A stretch of DNA of 64,000 nt, from the NCBI GenBank assembly GCA_965205015.1, contig OZ242029.1, forward strand, positions 4,736,001 to 4,800,000. The letters run 5' to 3'. The position numbers were made by a program, and so were the translations under genes. This document shows, piece after piece, positions 28,601 through 38,612 of the stretch; the first letter of the stretch is position 1, and each line of letters starts with the position of its first letter. This stretch comes from Candidatus Poribacteria bacterium. GTDB lineage: Bacteria > Poribacteria > WGA-4E > WGA-3G. The notes below the pieces were generated by a model that saw nothing but the letters and a program-made list of their open reading frames with translations, did no database searches and was not told the origin of the DNA.

Positions 28601-29264
28601 GAACCGATTCCTCGGATGGGAGGGGTTTGCGCTGCGGTTGTTCTCCCCCGACGGCACTTTGGTGGATGTCGCGGGGAACCTTGATGGACGGCAAACGCAC
28701 GATAAACCGAAGTGGGAGTTGCCCGATGGCTGGACGAAAACCGGGACGCGTACCTCGTTGATCCGGGGGTATGATGCGCGTGTGCCACGGTTAGGGACGC
28801 TGTCGGGCAGTTTCGTACGGGCGGCGGATACAGCGTTGCTCAAGGGCTATTCGTATTGGGGACTTCCGACCGATAATGGGACCCCGGGGTATCGGCGGGG
28901 GAGTCCACTGCCTGTAACGCTGTCGAGTGTGCGTGCGGATCGTGCCGAGGGCGGGGTCGTAGTGAACTGGACGACGCAATCGGAGATGGAGAACGCCGGG
29001 TTCTATGTGCTGCGAAGTCAGAACAGCAAAACGGGATTCGTGAAAGTGAGCCCGACGCTGATTCCTGGAGCAGGCACGACTGCCGAACGAAGCACGTATA
29101 CCTACCGAGATACCACGGTGCAACCGAATGTGCCGTATTATTATCGGCTCGAAGAGGTCTCGTTATCGGGGGAACGTCGGGTAATGGCGACTGTGCGGCT
29201 ACGGGGACATCTCTTCGCTGCGGGAAAGACGCTTTGGAAGTGGGCGGATGTGAAACGGGAATAG
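25662..29264 (+). CDS. Large secreted internalin-like LRR + Ig-like + lamin-tail domain protein
   Basis: IPDTVLR cap. ISDLSPLTNLTTL LRRs. Pro-rich linker. FNEF..DWIELKN and FSEVMY..QWIELYN lamin-tail domains. LPVTLSS...WTTQSE C-terminal Ig. True start could be 25707 or upstream via frameshift. Confidence 0.85.
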   Translation: MPKRILGVCRLFFYRMKTTQFLLTFFIGLLFLAPLHPARPHTVNGNANHNVDIPDTVLRGVIEARLNKSSGADITATEMATLDEVVKADQNIHDLTGLEHATALQKVRIGRNRIRFPPSGRTPQNTISDLSPLTNLTTLIDLDFTTHRITDISPLATLTALTDLTLSYNSELTDISHLRGLTSVKNLFLNACNITDITAIGTLTNLRVLELGRNWNLRDISPLTNLRDLRVLKLNSTAITPEGLSAVLPALEGAKRQGSGPTYWAGLDITNTDISDLSVLDRIPDGVVLHNLYLQYMGTSASETRFFLLKDLTPLVDLMNKGKVIGSDTNIQLRWNFRLDYPSLYEDIPALLASVRGVSYLSSTPGLERESPTDEPYRGHPRIRHTFVVRAINDTPFGSYPIEITRNPTFNGVPVTWKVTAPDDTLTETNVVTGDDGLASVTITLGDDGETHTVEAVVPANERAATEGPSHPELKVTFTAIADQTVEPPPRPTPPQPPRLPRLTVTFEDYPEEKPVDELTLTIRFSEPAIGFETEDITVETELTSGKGDATLTDLTPETPIHPDRPEPDPIQTYTATVALPDRARGTVTLIVRENAAITPATAPVEKRGPASNTASDPIEFGRRRVIVCPPSVVPMETVIFNEFRNAENDTHDWIELKNISDEDVSLAEWEISLVVPHAISPAAPQQEIFAMDRDIVAFGDYTLPAGGILLIANTHPSETDLIRGQDIENPNYNPDLLPHYLIAPEMKLPSSFLLILRSVRDKNGQHEGFEDLAGDYHKDDVNYATNIWPLLCTPVYTGTEARFTVGDIYQRVMVPKVSSRTLNTTPQPEKRGYLEGAWMLSVYHSGLGYDPEAPPETSLGTPGYPLPGQPTEKGWGNISFSEVMYATNDNGGLSQWIELYNNTSEIVDLTDWELMIEARDSKTVRRWTSLRFKSLHIRPNATVLLVGRNARTSGNIPSDRIYDLYRRNIAAFRRLGEGANRFLGWEGFALRLFSPDGTLVDVAGNLDGRQTHDKPKWELPDGWTKTGTRTSLIRGYDARVPRLGTLSGSFVRAADTALLKGYSYWGLPTDNGTPGYRRGSPLPVTLSSVRADRAEGGVVVNWTTQSEMENAGFYVLRSQNSKTGFVKVSPTLIPGAGTTAERSTYTYRDTTVQPNVPYYYRLEEVSLSGERRVMATVRLRGHLFAAGKTLWKWADVKRE

Positions 29265-29388
29265 GGAGCGGCAATAAAAGGACCTTAGGGTAGCAAGAAG
29301 CATGCGAAATTACTAACATGTGTCTTTTTTGACACAACCCTTGAAGTCAAAAAGTCTTATATTATCAGAGTTTGTAACAAGTAACCGA

Positions 29389-29405
29389 TTGGCATCGTTT
29401 ATGCA
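29389..29405 (+). promoter_or_regulatory. Possible sigma54 (-24/-12) promoter upstream of murA
   Basis: TTGGCATC-GTTT-ATGCA matches the TGGCAC-N5-TTGCW spacing. Confidence 0.3.
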
Positions 29406-29461
29406 GGTAGGGTTAGCACAACCCACTACATTCGGCGACGAAAATTTGTAAGGAGAAGGAA

Positions 29462-30742
29462 ATGGAAAAATTAATCGTCAAAGGTGGCACTCGACTGCAA
29501 GGAACGATCCCTGTCAGCGGTTGCAAAAACGCAGTTCTGCCTATCGCCGTTGCCGCTGCAATCCTCGGCGATGGGACAAGCGTCCTTCACAACGTACCGA
29601 ACCTAACAGACGTCAAAACCCTCAATGCTGTGTTGGAAGGACTGGGTGCGACAACAAAAATAAAAGACACCTCGCTCTATATTGAGCCAATAAACCACTT
29701 AGAGTACGAAGCACCTTACGAACTTGTACGAAAAATGCGTGCATCTATCTATGTCCTCGGTCCACTCGTAGCGAAATTAGGGAAGGCAAAAGTGTCGTTC
29801 CCCGGCGGATGTGCGATTGGACCCCGCCCGATCGACTTGCATATCCGAGGCTTAGAACATCTGGGGGCGGACGTCACAGTGGAACGCGGATACATCTACG
29901 CGCAAGCCGAACGCCTCGTTGGTACAGAGATGTATCTCATGGGACAGCACGGTCCCAGCGTCGGTGCGACTGCGAATGTTATGATGGCTGCTACCCTGGC
30001 TGAAGGTACAACGGTGATCCGAGGCGCAGCACGTGAACCCCACGTCTCTGATCTCGCCCGTTTCCTGAATGCAATGGGAGCAGATATAGAAGGCATCGGC
30101 ACCTCTGTGCTGACGATTCACGGCGTTAAACAACTGCGCGGCACCGAACACACCGTTATATCCGACGATATTGAGGCTGGCACCTTCATGGTCGCAGGCG
30201 CTATCACCAGAGGCGATGTTTATGTCAAAGGCATCACCCCCCAACAAATTCCCGCCATCTCAGAAAAACTCACTGAAGCAGGCGTCGAATTAAATTGGGA
30301 TGACGAGGGTGTCCGCGTTACAACACCGCGTGAGATTCAAGGGATTGATGTCACAACAGAACCTTTCCCCGGCTTCCCGACAGATATGCAAGCACAAATT
30401 ATGGGATTGCTCTGCCTCGCCTCCGGGACCAGCATTATCACGGAAAATGTACACACAGATCGCTATATCCATGCCGCGGAACTCAACCGGATGGGGGCGG
30501 ACATCATGCTCGATGGTGGCAAGGCAGTGATTAACGGCGTCCGAGAACTCAGCGGTGCCCCCGTGATGGCTTCCGATCTACGCGCAGGTGCTGTCCTTGT
30601 GGCAGTCGGAATGGCAGCCATCGGTGAAACCGTCGTATCACGGGTCTATCACATCGATCGTGGGTATGAATCCATCGAGGAAAAACTGAACAACATCGGC
30701 GCAAACATTAAAAGAGTCAACGACACCGACGCAGAAGTTTAG
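29462..30742 (+). CDS. murA: UDP-N-acetylglucosamine 1-carboxyvinyltransferase
   Basis: KNAVLP, RKMRAS, PGGCAIGPRPIDLH, PFPGFPTDMQ, DLRAG, IDRGYE. Confidence 0.97.
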   Translation: MEKLIVKGGTRLQGTIPVSGCKNAVLPIAVAAAILGDGTSVLHNVPNLTDVKTLNAVLEGLGATTKIKDTSLYIEPINHLEYEAPYELVRKMRASIYVLGPLVAKLGKAKVSFPGGCAIGPRPIDLHIRGLEHLGADVTVERGYIYAQAERLVGTEMYLMGQHGPSVGATANVMMAATLAEGTTVIRGAAREPHVSDLARFLNAMGADIEGIGTSVLTIHGVKQLRGTEHTVISDDIEAGTFMVAGAITRGDVYVKGITPQQIPAISEKLTEAGVELNWDDEGVRVTTPREIQGIDVTTEPFPGFPTDMQAQIMGLLCLASGTSIITENVHTDRYIHAAELNRMGADIMLDGGKAVINGVRELSGAPVMASDLRAGAVLVAVGMAAIGETVVSRVYHIDRGYESIEEKLNNIGANIKRVNDTDAEV

Positions 30743-30800
30743 ATGTCTAATGCGCTAAAGTCCAGCGGGGCGACATCTGTGTAGGAAGGATCACTGCAGC

Positions 30801-32099
30801 ATGTTACAAATTGTCGAGACAGGTACCCGAGAAGCTGAAGATTTTCTCTCAAAATTGAAGGCGCGCGGCAAACTCACAGATGAAAGTATCTTAAAGACAG
30901 TCCGGCGCACTTTGAATGATGTGCAAGCCGAAGGGGATAAGGCAGTTGTCCGCTATACGCGCAAACTCGACGCACCCCGTATCTCGGCAAAAGAACTAAA
31001 GGTATCACGAGAGGAATTTGGGGAAGCCTATTTAGAGGTCCCCTCTGATTTTATAGACGCGATTACGCACGCCAGAACAAACATCGAAAAATTCCACCAG
31101 AAACAGTTACGGACGTCATGGATGTCAACAGAACCCAACGGTGTCCTGCTCGGACATCTGATTCGTCCGCTAAAGCGTGTCGGTGTTCACGTCCCAGCCA
31201 TCAGCCAACTCCTCGTCTCTTCATTGCTGATGAACGTCATCCCAGCGACTGTTGCGGGTGTTGAAGAAATCGCCGTCTGTATCCCTCCGATGCGGAATCG
31301 GGAGATAAACCCGTATATGCTGGTTGCCGCCGCAGAATGCGGGATCCAAGAAGTCTACAAGTGTGGCGGCGCACAAGCCGTCGCCGCGATGGCGTACGGT
31401 ACCAAGACCATCCCATCTGTCGATAAAATTGTTGGACCGGGAAACCTCTATGTCCAATTTGCTAAGAAAGAGGTTTATGGACACGTTGATATAGACAAAT
31501 TAGCGGGTCCCAGTGAAATCCTTGTCATCGCTGACAGCACAGCCGACCCAGATTACGTCGCTGCAGATCTCATTTCACAAGCAGAACACAAAGGGGACTC
31601 CGCCGCAATCCTCATCACCCCTTCACTTGGATTCGCCGAACAGGTCAAATCCGCGATCGAGGTTCAGGGTGAATCCTTACCTCGCCGAGATGAACTGACA
31701 GAGGCATTTGCAAACTTCGGTGCCGCGTTTATCACCGCAGATCTATCCGAGGCATTCATCCTCGCCAACGAAATTGCCCCGGAACACCTTGAACTTCACA
31801 TCGAAAATCCCTATGATCGGCTCGGAGATGTCCATAATGCCGGTGCTATCCTCATCGGTCCCTATTCGCCAGAAGCCGTCGGAGATTACATTGCAGGACC
31901 CAACCATACCTTGCCCACAGGGACAGCCGCCCGTTACGCCTCACCACTCGGTGTTGACGATTTCCTAAAAAAGTCAAGTCTCATCTCATACACCAAAGCG
32001 GCTTTAGCGGAAGTCACACCATCAGTTGTTAAACTCGCTGAGGTTGAAGGACTCGAAGGGCATGCCGCCGCTATGAAGATCCGATTTGAAGAAGACTAA
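30801..32099 (+). CDS. hisD: Histidinol dehydrogenase
   Basis: GGAQAVAAMAYG, KIVGPGN, AGPSE, QAEH, APEHLE, GDYIAGPNHTLPT. Confidence 0.95.
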   Translation: MLQIVETGTREAEDFLSKLKARGKLTDESILKTVRRTLNDVQAEGDKAVVRYTRKLDAPRISAKELKVSREEFGEAYLEVPSDFIDAITHARTNIEKFHQKQLRTSWMSTEPNGVLLGHLIRPLKRVGVHVPAISQLLVSSLLMNVIPATVAGVEEIAVCIPPMRNREINPYMLVAAAECGIQEVYKCGGAQAVAAMAYGTKTIPSVDKIVGPGNLYVQFAKKEVYGHVDIDKLAGPSEILVIADSTADPDYVAADLISQAEHKGDSAAILITPSLGFAEQVKSAIEVQGESLPRRDELTEAFANFGAAFITADLSEAFILANEIAPEHLELHIENPYDRLGDVHNAGAILIGPYSPEAVGDYIAGPNHTLPTGTAARYASPLGVDDFLKKSSLISYTKAALAEVTPSVVKLAEVEGLEGHAAAMKIRFEED

Positions 32100-32182
32100 A
32101 TCCATCATCATCGCTGGCGAGGTTTCCTAACCTCGCCCACACTATATTCTTCACCAATACATTGTCATAGGAGATCCACCAA

Positions 32183-32893
32183 ATGTTTCTCATTCCCCTG
32201 AGTCTGCTGTTCCACCTTTCCGAACCTGACATATCTCATCAGAAACCCGTTCTACCTCCCGTTGCAACATTCTCAATTGTCGGATATGACGCAGAAATCG
32301 GTGCGCTTGGGATCGCCGTGCAATCCAAATTTTTCGCCGTTGGCGCGGTTGTCCCGTGGGCAGCGGCAGGTGTTGGTGCGATTGCAACCCAATCTCATGC
32401 CAACACCACATACGGACCGAACGGTTTAAAACTTCTCAAAAGTGGACTCTCCGCGGAACAGACTCTGGAACGGCTCATCGCTGACGATTCGGGACGTGCC
32501 ACCCGGCAGGTCGGTATCGTGGATGCAAAGGGCAATGTTGCTCACTACACGGGAGATGAATGCAACGCGTGGGCGGGTGCCGTCTCAGGGAAACATTACA
32601 CGGCGCAAGGCAACATCCTCGCCGGTGAAGACGTTGTCACAGCGATGGGGAAAGCATTCGAGGAGACAGAAGGGGAACTGGCGGATAAATTAATGGCGGC
32701 ACTCTTCGCAGGGCAAGAAGCAGGCGGCGATATCCGTGGGCAACAGTCAGCGGCGCTGCTCGTCGTTCAGGAGGGCAGCGGCTACGGTAGGTTCAATGAC
32801 CGATACATCGATCTACGGGTGGATGACGCCGAGAAGCCGATCGAAGAACTCCAACGGCTCTTAGAAACCCATAAAAAATTAGTGCCTCGATGA
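32183..32893 (+). CDS. DUF1028 (Ntn-hydrolase) family protein
   Basis: TFSIVG, GAIATQS, RQVGIVD, QGNIL, GGDIRGQQSAAL, DLRVDD. Confidence 0.9.
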   Translation: MFLIPLSLLFHLSEPDISHQKPVLPPVATFSIVGYDAEIGALGIAVQSKFFAVGAVVPWAAAGVGAIATQSHANTTYGPNGLKLLKSGLSAEQTLERLIADDSGRATRQVGIVDAKGNVAHYTGDECNAWAGAVSGKHYTAQGNILAGEDVVTAMGKAFEETEGELADKLMAALFAGQEAGGDIRGQQSAALLVVQEGSGYGRFNDRYIDLRVDDAEKPIEELQRLLETHKKLVPR

Positions 32894-32977
32894 CCCGCAC
32901 TCCTTTTTTTCCTTTCGGCTTTTAGCAATAGAAACCGTCAGTAAACTGCCACAGAAATCGCTACTGACTGCCAATGG

Positions 32978-33421
32978 CTATTCCACCGACTCATCCACTA
33001 CAAACGACGGACGCTTAAAGCGCGAACGAATGCCGTTTGCTGTCGCTAAGATGGCTGGCAACCGTATAATCCGCCGTTCCACCCGCCGCTTTCCGGGAAG
33101 ATCGCTGATGATAATCCCGATGAGTATCGTCAAAACACCTTGTCCGGGTAAGGGTATCTGGATAATCCCAACGATAACAAGAAGCATTGCGAATAGATTT
33201 TTTAGGCACTTGAAACCTATCCGCAAAACCGGGTGTTTGATGCGGCTCGACTGTCCAGTAGGTAAGAAATAGTCAGAAGGTAAGTAAGCGATCACCAGGG
33301 TGCAAAAGAGGATGCTCACGATAAAGCTCGTGACAGAGACGGAGATGAACATCACCCCATGCGCTTTTAGCCATTCAAAAAGAACCAGACAAAAAGTTTT
33401 TAACGATTCAATAAACCCCAA
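32978..33421 (-). CDS. Small membrane protein (PGPGW-like)
   Basis: LPSDYF, KNL...PLPGQGVLTILIG...PGKRRVE motif. Confidence 0.7.
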   Translation of the reverse strand: MGFIESLKTFCLVLFEWLKAHGVMFISVSVTSFIVSILFCTLVIAYLPSDYFLPTGQSSRIKHPVLRIGFKCLKNLFAMLLVIVGIIQIPLPGQGVLTILIGIIISDLPGKRRVERRIIRLPAILATANGIRSRFKRPSFVVDESVE

Positions 33422-33443
33422 AAAGTCTTCTCCTCCTCACAAA

Positions 33444-34217
33444 TCATCGACGCGAAACAGCGCCGCCGTCAACAGTCATAATATCGCCGCTAATATAGGC
33501 GGCGTCATCAGAGGCAAGAAACAACACCCCACCAATATAATCCCACACCGATGCGCCCCGTTCAAGCGGAGGCGCGTCCGGCGAAACAGGCGGTAAATCC
33601 GGGAGCATGTCATCTTCAGGAAGATTCTGCGACGCATTCATACCGGTCGGCGCGCCCCCTCCCGGTGCGACGGCATTCACGGTGATACCGTGTGGACGCA
33701 GCTCGAGGGCGAGACTCCGCGTGAGCCGATTCAGTGCAGCTTTACTCACGCAATAACTCAAAACACCGACGTGAGACTCCTCAGCAAAAATAGAGGAGTT
33801 GTTAATAATTCGCCCGCGTATCCCCTGATCTATCATCACCTGAGCAACCGCCTGCGCACAGAGAAGGCATCCCTTCACATTCACCGCCATTACCCGATCA
33901 AACTGCTCTGGCGTCACTTCAAACAACGGCTGCCTCCCGAGGATCCCGGCGTTATTGAAGAGAATATCGATCCGTTTAAATGTCCTGACTGCAATCTCCA
34001 CGGCTTCCTGAACGTCCTCAGGCACAGTGACATCCAATGGAACAGCAATAGCCTCTCCACCGTTGGCACGGACTTCAGCGGCGACGGCATCTGCGCTCCT
34101 ACCCCCCGCAACAACGACAGACGCGCCTTCACGGGCAAATGCCAGACACGCCGCCCTCCCAATACCTAAGGGTCCACCGCCCCCCGTTACAAATGCAACT
34201 TTGTTCTCAAAACGCAT
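33444..34217 (-). CDS. SDR family oxidoreductase
   Basis: TGGG..GIG, NNAG, YCVSK, VNAVAPG, VDGG. Confidence 0.93.
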   Translation of the reverse strand: MRFENKVAFVTGGGGPLGIGRAACLAFAREGASVVVAGGRSADAVAAEVRANGGEAIAVPLDVTVPEDVQEAVEIAVRTFKRIDILFNNAGILGRQPLFEVTPEQFDRVMAVNVKGCLLCAQAVAQVMIDQGIRGRIINNSSIFAEESHVGVLSYCVSKAALNRLTRSLALELRPHGITVNAVAPGGGAPTGMNASQNLPEDDMLPDLPPVSPDAPPLERGASVWDYIGGVLFLASDDAAYISGDIMTVDGGAVSRR

Positions 34218-34436
34218 TCAGTTCACCTCTTTCACACAATTCCCATGCTTTCTCTGTACTTTAATATTTTATCATAACGTCCGATTGTTATGCAAAGTTT
34301 CACACGATTAACAGGAGAAAAAAAATGCATCCACGCCGTACCTACAAATTTCCTCTTGACAAATAAGAATAAAAAACACTATTATAGTTAGTAGAGTCGC
34401 GTAAAACCTTGAAATTTAGGCGCAATTTCACGCTTC

Positions 34437-36002
34437 ATGAAGGAAAAAGGAACTCTCACAGTGGACAACACCTCAAAATCGATCCGTTGGTGGCCCCTTT
34501 GGGTGGTCATCAGTTTAGCCGTTTTAGGTACGCTGGTGACATGGCTTTCGGACGCCGGTCATCGCCAAGACAGGATTCTCTTAACCACCATGATTGTCAT
34601 CGGCACAATCGCGTTGGGTATTTTATGGCTATTATTCCTCTCTGAAATGAGATGGCGAGCTAAATTCCTTGCCCTTGCTTCGATCATTTTGGTCGTTTTT
34701 CTCGGGACCAACCTTTTCACATTCAAAGGATTTAGCGGTGACCTCGTCCCGATATTTGAATGGCGTTGGCACGAGAATCACCCGACCTTTCTATCTGGCT
34801 CCGAAAACCCGTCGGTTTCTCAAACCGCCACAAAGGAATTTCCACAATTCCTCGGACAGAATCGAAACGGGGTTATATCAACAACGCAATTGAATCTCAA
34901 TTGGGACATGCATCCACCGAAGTTAGTGTGGCGGCGACCTGTCGGTGCCGGTTGGTCAGGCTTTGCAATCGCCGGTAACGCCGCAATCACACAAGAACAA
35001 GAAGACGACCAAGAAAAAGTGGTTTGCTATGAACTCCACACCGGTAGTGTGAAATGGAGCCATCACGATTACGCGAGATACGACACACCGCCCGCTGGCC
35101 TTGGACCGCGAGCCACACCCACGATTTCTGGAAATAGGGTTTACACCGTCGGTTCAACAGGGATTCTCAACTGCCTCGACTTTCAGACCGGAGCGCAACT
35201 CTGGACAACGAATATCTTTGAAGAACACCAAGCAGAAACACCCCCTTGGGGCGTCAGCATTTCGCCGCTTGTTTTCGACGACCTCGTTGTCGTCAGTGCT
35301 GGCGGTGCGGTTGCTTATCACAAAGAGACTGGCGAAGTTGCTTGGAAAGGCTACAGGACCCAGAGCGGTTACAGCTCCCCCTTCCTCACGACCCTCGCAG
35401 GTGTCGAACAGATCGTGATTTTTAACCAAGGCCTCGTCACCGCGCATGCCCCGTTGACGGGTGAACTCTTATGGAAGCAATCCTGGCCCCCCTCAGTGGA
35501 ATGTGTTTCACAACCGGTACCCCTCCCTGATGATAAACTTCTCGTTTCAAGCGGTTACGGCATCGGTGCTAAATTATTCCAAATTTCTCGTAACCTAACC
35601 GGTGAATTCAACGTTTCTACTATATGGGAGACTATATATCTAAAAGCCAAATTCACGAATATCATTTACTACGAAGGCTATCTGTACGGGTTAGACGATG
35701 GGATTTTTGCCTGTATAAACCCAGCCGATGGCACCCGTCAATGGAAACGAGGGAGATATGGACACGGACAGACGCTCCTGATCTCCGATGTCCTCCTCGT
35801 CTTGACTGAATCCGGCGAAGTTGTACTCGTAGACCCAAACCCGAACAGCCATATAGAATACGCGCGTTTCGCACCCCTAAAGGGTAGAACTTGGAACACA
35901 CCCGCAGTGGCGGGTGATTACCTCCTCGTCCGAAACGATCGCGAGGCGGCATGCTATCAGTTACCAACGACTCATACGGACATTCATTCCAATAACAAGT
36001 AA
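34437..36002 (+). CDS. Membrane-anchored PQQ-like beta-propeller repeat protein
   Basis: Three N-terminal TMs. FPQFLGQNRNG, GAGWSG, GPRATP, GYSSP, TWNTP. Confidence 0.85.
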   Translation: MKEKGTLTVDNTSKSIRWWPLWVVISLAVLGTLVTWLSDAGHRQDRILLTTMIVIGTIALGILWLLFLSEMRWRAKFLALASIILVVFLGTNLFTFKGFSGDLVPIFEWRWHENHPTFLSGSENPSVSQTATKEFPQFLGQNRNGVISTTQLNLNWDMHPPKLVWRRPVGAGWSGFAIAGNAAITQEQEDDQEKVVCYELHTGSVKWSHHDYARYDTPPAGLGPRATPTISGNRVYTVGSTGILNCLDFQTGAQLWTTNIFEEHQAETPPWGVSISPLVFDDLVVVSAGGAVAYHKETGEVAWKGYRTQSGYSSPFLTTLAGVEQIVIFNQGLVTAHAPLTGELLWKQSWPPSVECVSQPVPLPDDKLLVSSGYGIGAKLFQISRNLTGEFNVSTIWETIYLKAKFTNIIYYEGYLYGLDDGIFACINPADGTRQWKRGRYGHGQTLLISDVLLVLTESGEVVLVDPNPNSHIEYARFAPLKGRTWNTPAVAGDYLLVRNDREAACYQLPTTHTDIHSNNK

Positions 36003-36067
36003 GTCATACATCAGATGTATGCTTGCCCCCATAAATAACATTCGGTTCACCGGTTAGGAAAAGAAGA

Positions 36068-37027
36068 ATGAGAAAAGAAATAGGCGACAGAATGTTGAGA
36101 TATATCCGACAGGTATACCCCCTTCTCATCTGTTGTAGTATCGCGTTATTATTTCCTATAGACAGCGTGCCAGCAGGGAAATATCCGGGTGTCCCGCGCA
36201 AACTCCGATCGACGATTGATTCGCCTTTAGAGGCAACTTTCGAACTATATATCAAAAATCGACGGAGCCGCCGAATCTTGTCCACGACGGATCGGACGAG
36301 TTTCGTCGTCTACGACATTTCAAAAAATAAAACACTGGTGTCCATCAACGCAGATCGACAGATGATGGCAGCCTCGCTGATTAAGAACTTCGTTATGCTC
36401 GCCTATTTTCATGAAGTTAAATACGGACGGCAAGCACATACGAATATAAATAAGGGGCACCTGAAAGCAATGATCCAGTGGAGCTCAAACCTATCAACGA
36501 ACTATTTTATTCGGTTACTTGGCGGACCCGCACGCGTCGATCGGATACTGAAAAGGAATTATCCCCATTTTAAGCAGACTCGGATCGTCGAATACATACC
36601 CCGGGGCGGGCGGACCTACAAGAATATGACCTCCTCTCGTGATCTCGGCACCTTCTTCCTACGGTTGTGGCAAGACAGGCTCCCGCATTCGCAAAAAATG
36701 AAGTGGTACTTCAAACTCAAAAATGGGGATTACATCTTTAAACATACCTACATTCCCTCATCCGTGACCGTTTATAACAAAACCGGTACTGTCTACGGAT
36801 TGGTAGGAGATGGTGGCATATTAGTTTTCCGAGACCCCCAAGGTAAACAAAGAGCCTATGTTTTTGTTGGATTGATGGAAGACAGGACCAAGACGAACAT
36901 GAAAAATCGGTGGCAACCCTTTCCTAAGTGGAGAAATCAACGCACCTATATCCTGCGGAGGCTCTCCGAACGCGCCTACAAGTATATCTATGAAAATCAC
37001 TACGGCGGTAGCCTCGCCCGCCGCTAA
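36068..37027 (+). CDS. Serine hydrolase, class A beta-lactamase-related
   Basis: SxxK (AASLIK), SxN (SSN), KTG. Confidence 0.8.
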   Translation: MRKEIGDRMLRYIRQVYPLLICCSIALLFPIDSVPAGKYPGVPRKLRSTIDSPLEATFELYIKNRRSRRILSTTDRTSFVVYDISKNKTLVSINADRQMMAASLIKNFVMLAYFHEVKYGRQAHTNINKGHLKAMIQWSSNLSTNYFIRLLGGPARVDRILKRNYPHFKQTRIVEYIPRGGRTYKNMTSSRDLGTFFLRLWQDRLPHSQKMKWYFKLKNGDYIFKHTYIPSSVTVYNKTGTVYGLVGDGGILVFRDPQGKQRAYVFVGLMEDRTKTNMKNRWQPFPKWRNQRTYILRRLSERAYKYIYENHYGGSLARR

Positions 37028-37046
37028 TTGCTGGAAGGGGAATCCC

Positions 37047-37703
37047 ATGCGCCGCATTGTTGACATCGGTAGACGCATTGAACTCATACCCATTGACCCG
37101 CACTTCCACGATATTACTATTGGTCTCTATCGCCAGCAAATTGCCGATCCAACGACTGGAACGGCGTTCCCTGCTTTTCTTGTTCACACCTATAGCCAAA
37201 TGACAGGGGTAACCAAGAGAATTCAGGAAGTTGCGCGAGCCATGCAAACACTCGGTGGCATGCGCAAAACCCCCGAAGGCCTGCTCTATTTCCCTTGCAA
37301 AGATCCCCACGAATTCGCATGTCGCCGCGTCTTTTTGGAGGCATGCAAACTCGCATCAAACACCCACGCCGAACCACGCCCTTTAACCATACTGGATAAG
37401 AAATCCCAACTCACCATCACCGTCGATTCAATTGGAAACGGTACCTATCAGGTGAGGGCAAACGGCGAAGGCAGAGGCGCAGCACGACGCATTTCAGCGA
37501 TTGCTGGCGGCTTGATGAAACTCGGCGAAATGGAAAGCGTCAAAACCGCTACCAACGATACTGTCCGTTTTGCCTGTGGGCATTCCCATGACGCACTTAT
37601 CGGACTCCTGTTGATCCGCGCCCCGAACGTCAGAGTCGCTCTACGAGAAGAGGAAATGGGTGCCGCGCGCGGGGTACTTTCCGCTCCAAGCCAGCAAACC
37701 TAA
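37047..37703 (+). CDS. Hypothetical protein
   Basis: GAAGGGG RBS before MRRIVDIG. F-x-C-x-x-x-H motif occurs twice (FPCKDPH, FACGHSH). Confidence 0.65.
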   Translation: MRRIVDIGRRIELIPIDPHFHDITIGLYRQQIADPTTGTAFPAFLVHTYSQMTGVTKRIQEVARAMQTLGGMRKTPEGLLYFPCKDPHEFACRRVFLEACKLASNTHAEPRPLTILDKKSQLTITVDSIGNGTYQVRANGEGRGAARRISAIAGGLMKLGEMESVKTATNDTVRFACGHSHDALIGLLLIRAPNVRVALREEEMGAARGVLSAPSQQT

Positions 37704-37857
37704 AGATCACAAATCGACCCTCTCTATCACGCCCATATTTTTCCACGCCATGAAGTGTGAATGTGTGCGCCTCCTGTTTTTGTTTTTTTTTGACACGTAA
37801 AAGAAATCCGTGATATAATTCCAGCATAGTTTATGCTTCGCGAAGAGGTCAACTCGG

Positions 37858-38601
37858 ATGAACCTATTTTTTAGAATCTTCTCTACAGTGATAGTCGCCT
37901 TACTCACGGCCTATATGATTGGCTGTGAGAGTTTCAACGAAGCGGAAGAACTCCCCGTCGTAGCATTCCTCAGCGCGACGCCACCAGAGAGTGAGGTTCC
38001 AGCAAATGGAACCATCACGCTTAACTTTGACAACGCGCTTGAAGATATAACAGTCCAAGCCAGTATCGGAAAAGTGGGGAAAACCATTATCTCCGGCAAA
38101 ACCGTTACGATCAACGGACCCTTCACACAGGGTGAACTCGCTTTTACCATCACTTGGGCAGATGGTGCGCAAACGCTCAATTATACCGTCACCGCTCCCG
38201 ATCCGAGCATCTCTACAGACACCGAAGACCCCATTAAACCACCAGAGCCGAAGCCGCAACTGACGAAGTCGCCTTTTAACGTCTCTGACAAAAACTTCAC
38301 AACACAGGTCATGGCGTCTGAATTGCCCGTCGTGGTCTATTTCTGGGCAGACTGGTGTCCGCCCTGCAAATGGATGGCACCCATTATCAAGGAGGTCGCC
38401 GCCGAAAACCGGGACACCTTCCTGATCGCGAAGTTAGACGTTGATAGAAATCAGCGGACCACAGAAAAATATCGGATTGAAGCGATTCCGACTTTCATCG
38501 TATTCAAAGATGGAAAGAAGATCGGACGGTTCGTAGGGGGAATGCCGAAAGCCCCGCTTCTCCAGCACATTCGTCAAGTGCTAAACGCTCAGGGAAATTA
38601 A
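37858..38601 (+). CDS. Lipoprotein with Ig-like module and C-terminal thioredoxin (WCPPC)
   Basis: Lipobox MIGC. FWADWCPPC, KLDVD, IPTF..FKDG. Confidence 0.88.
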   Translation: MNLFFRIFSTVIVALLTAYMIGCESFNEAEELPVVAFLSATPPESEVPANGTITLNFDNALEDITVQASIGKVGKTIISGKTVTINGPFTQGELAFTITWADGAQTLNYTVTAPDPSISTDTEDPIKPPEPKPQLTKSPFNVSDKNFTTQVMASELPVVVYFWADWCPPCKWMAPIIKEVAAENRDTFLIAKLDVDRNQRTTEKYRIEAIPTFIVFKDGKKIGRFVGGMPKAPLLQHIRQVLNAQGN

Positions 38602-38612
38602 GGAACTCAAGG

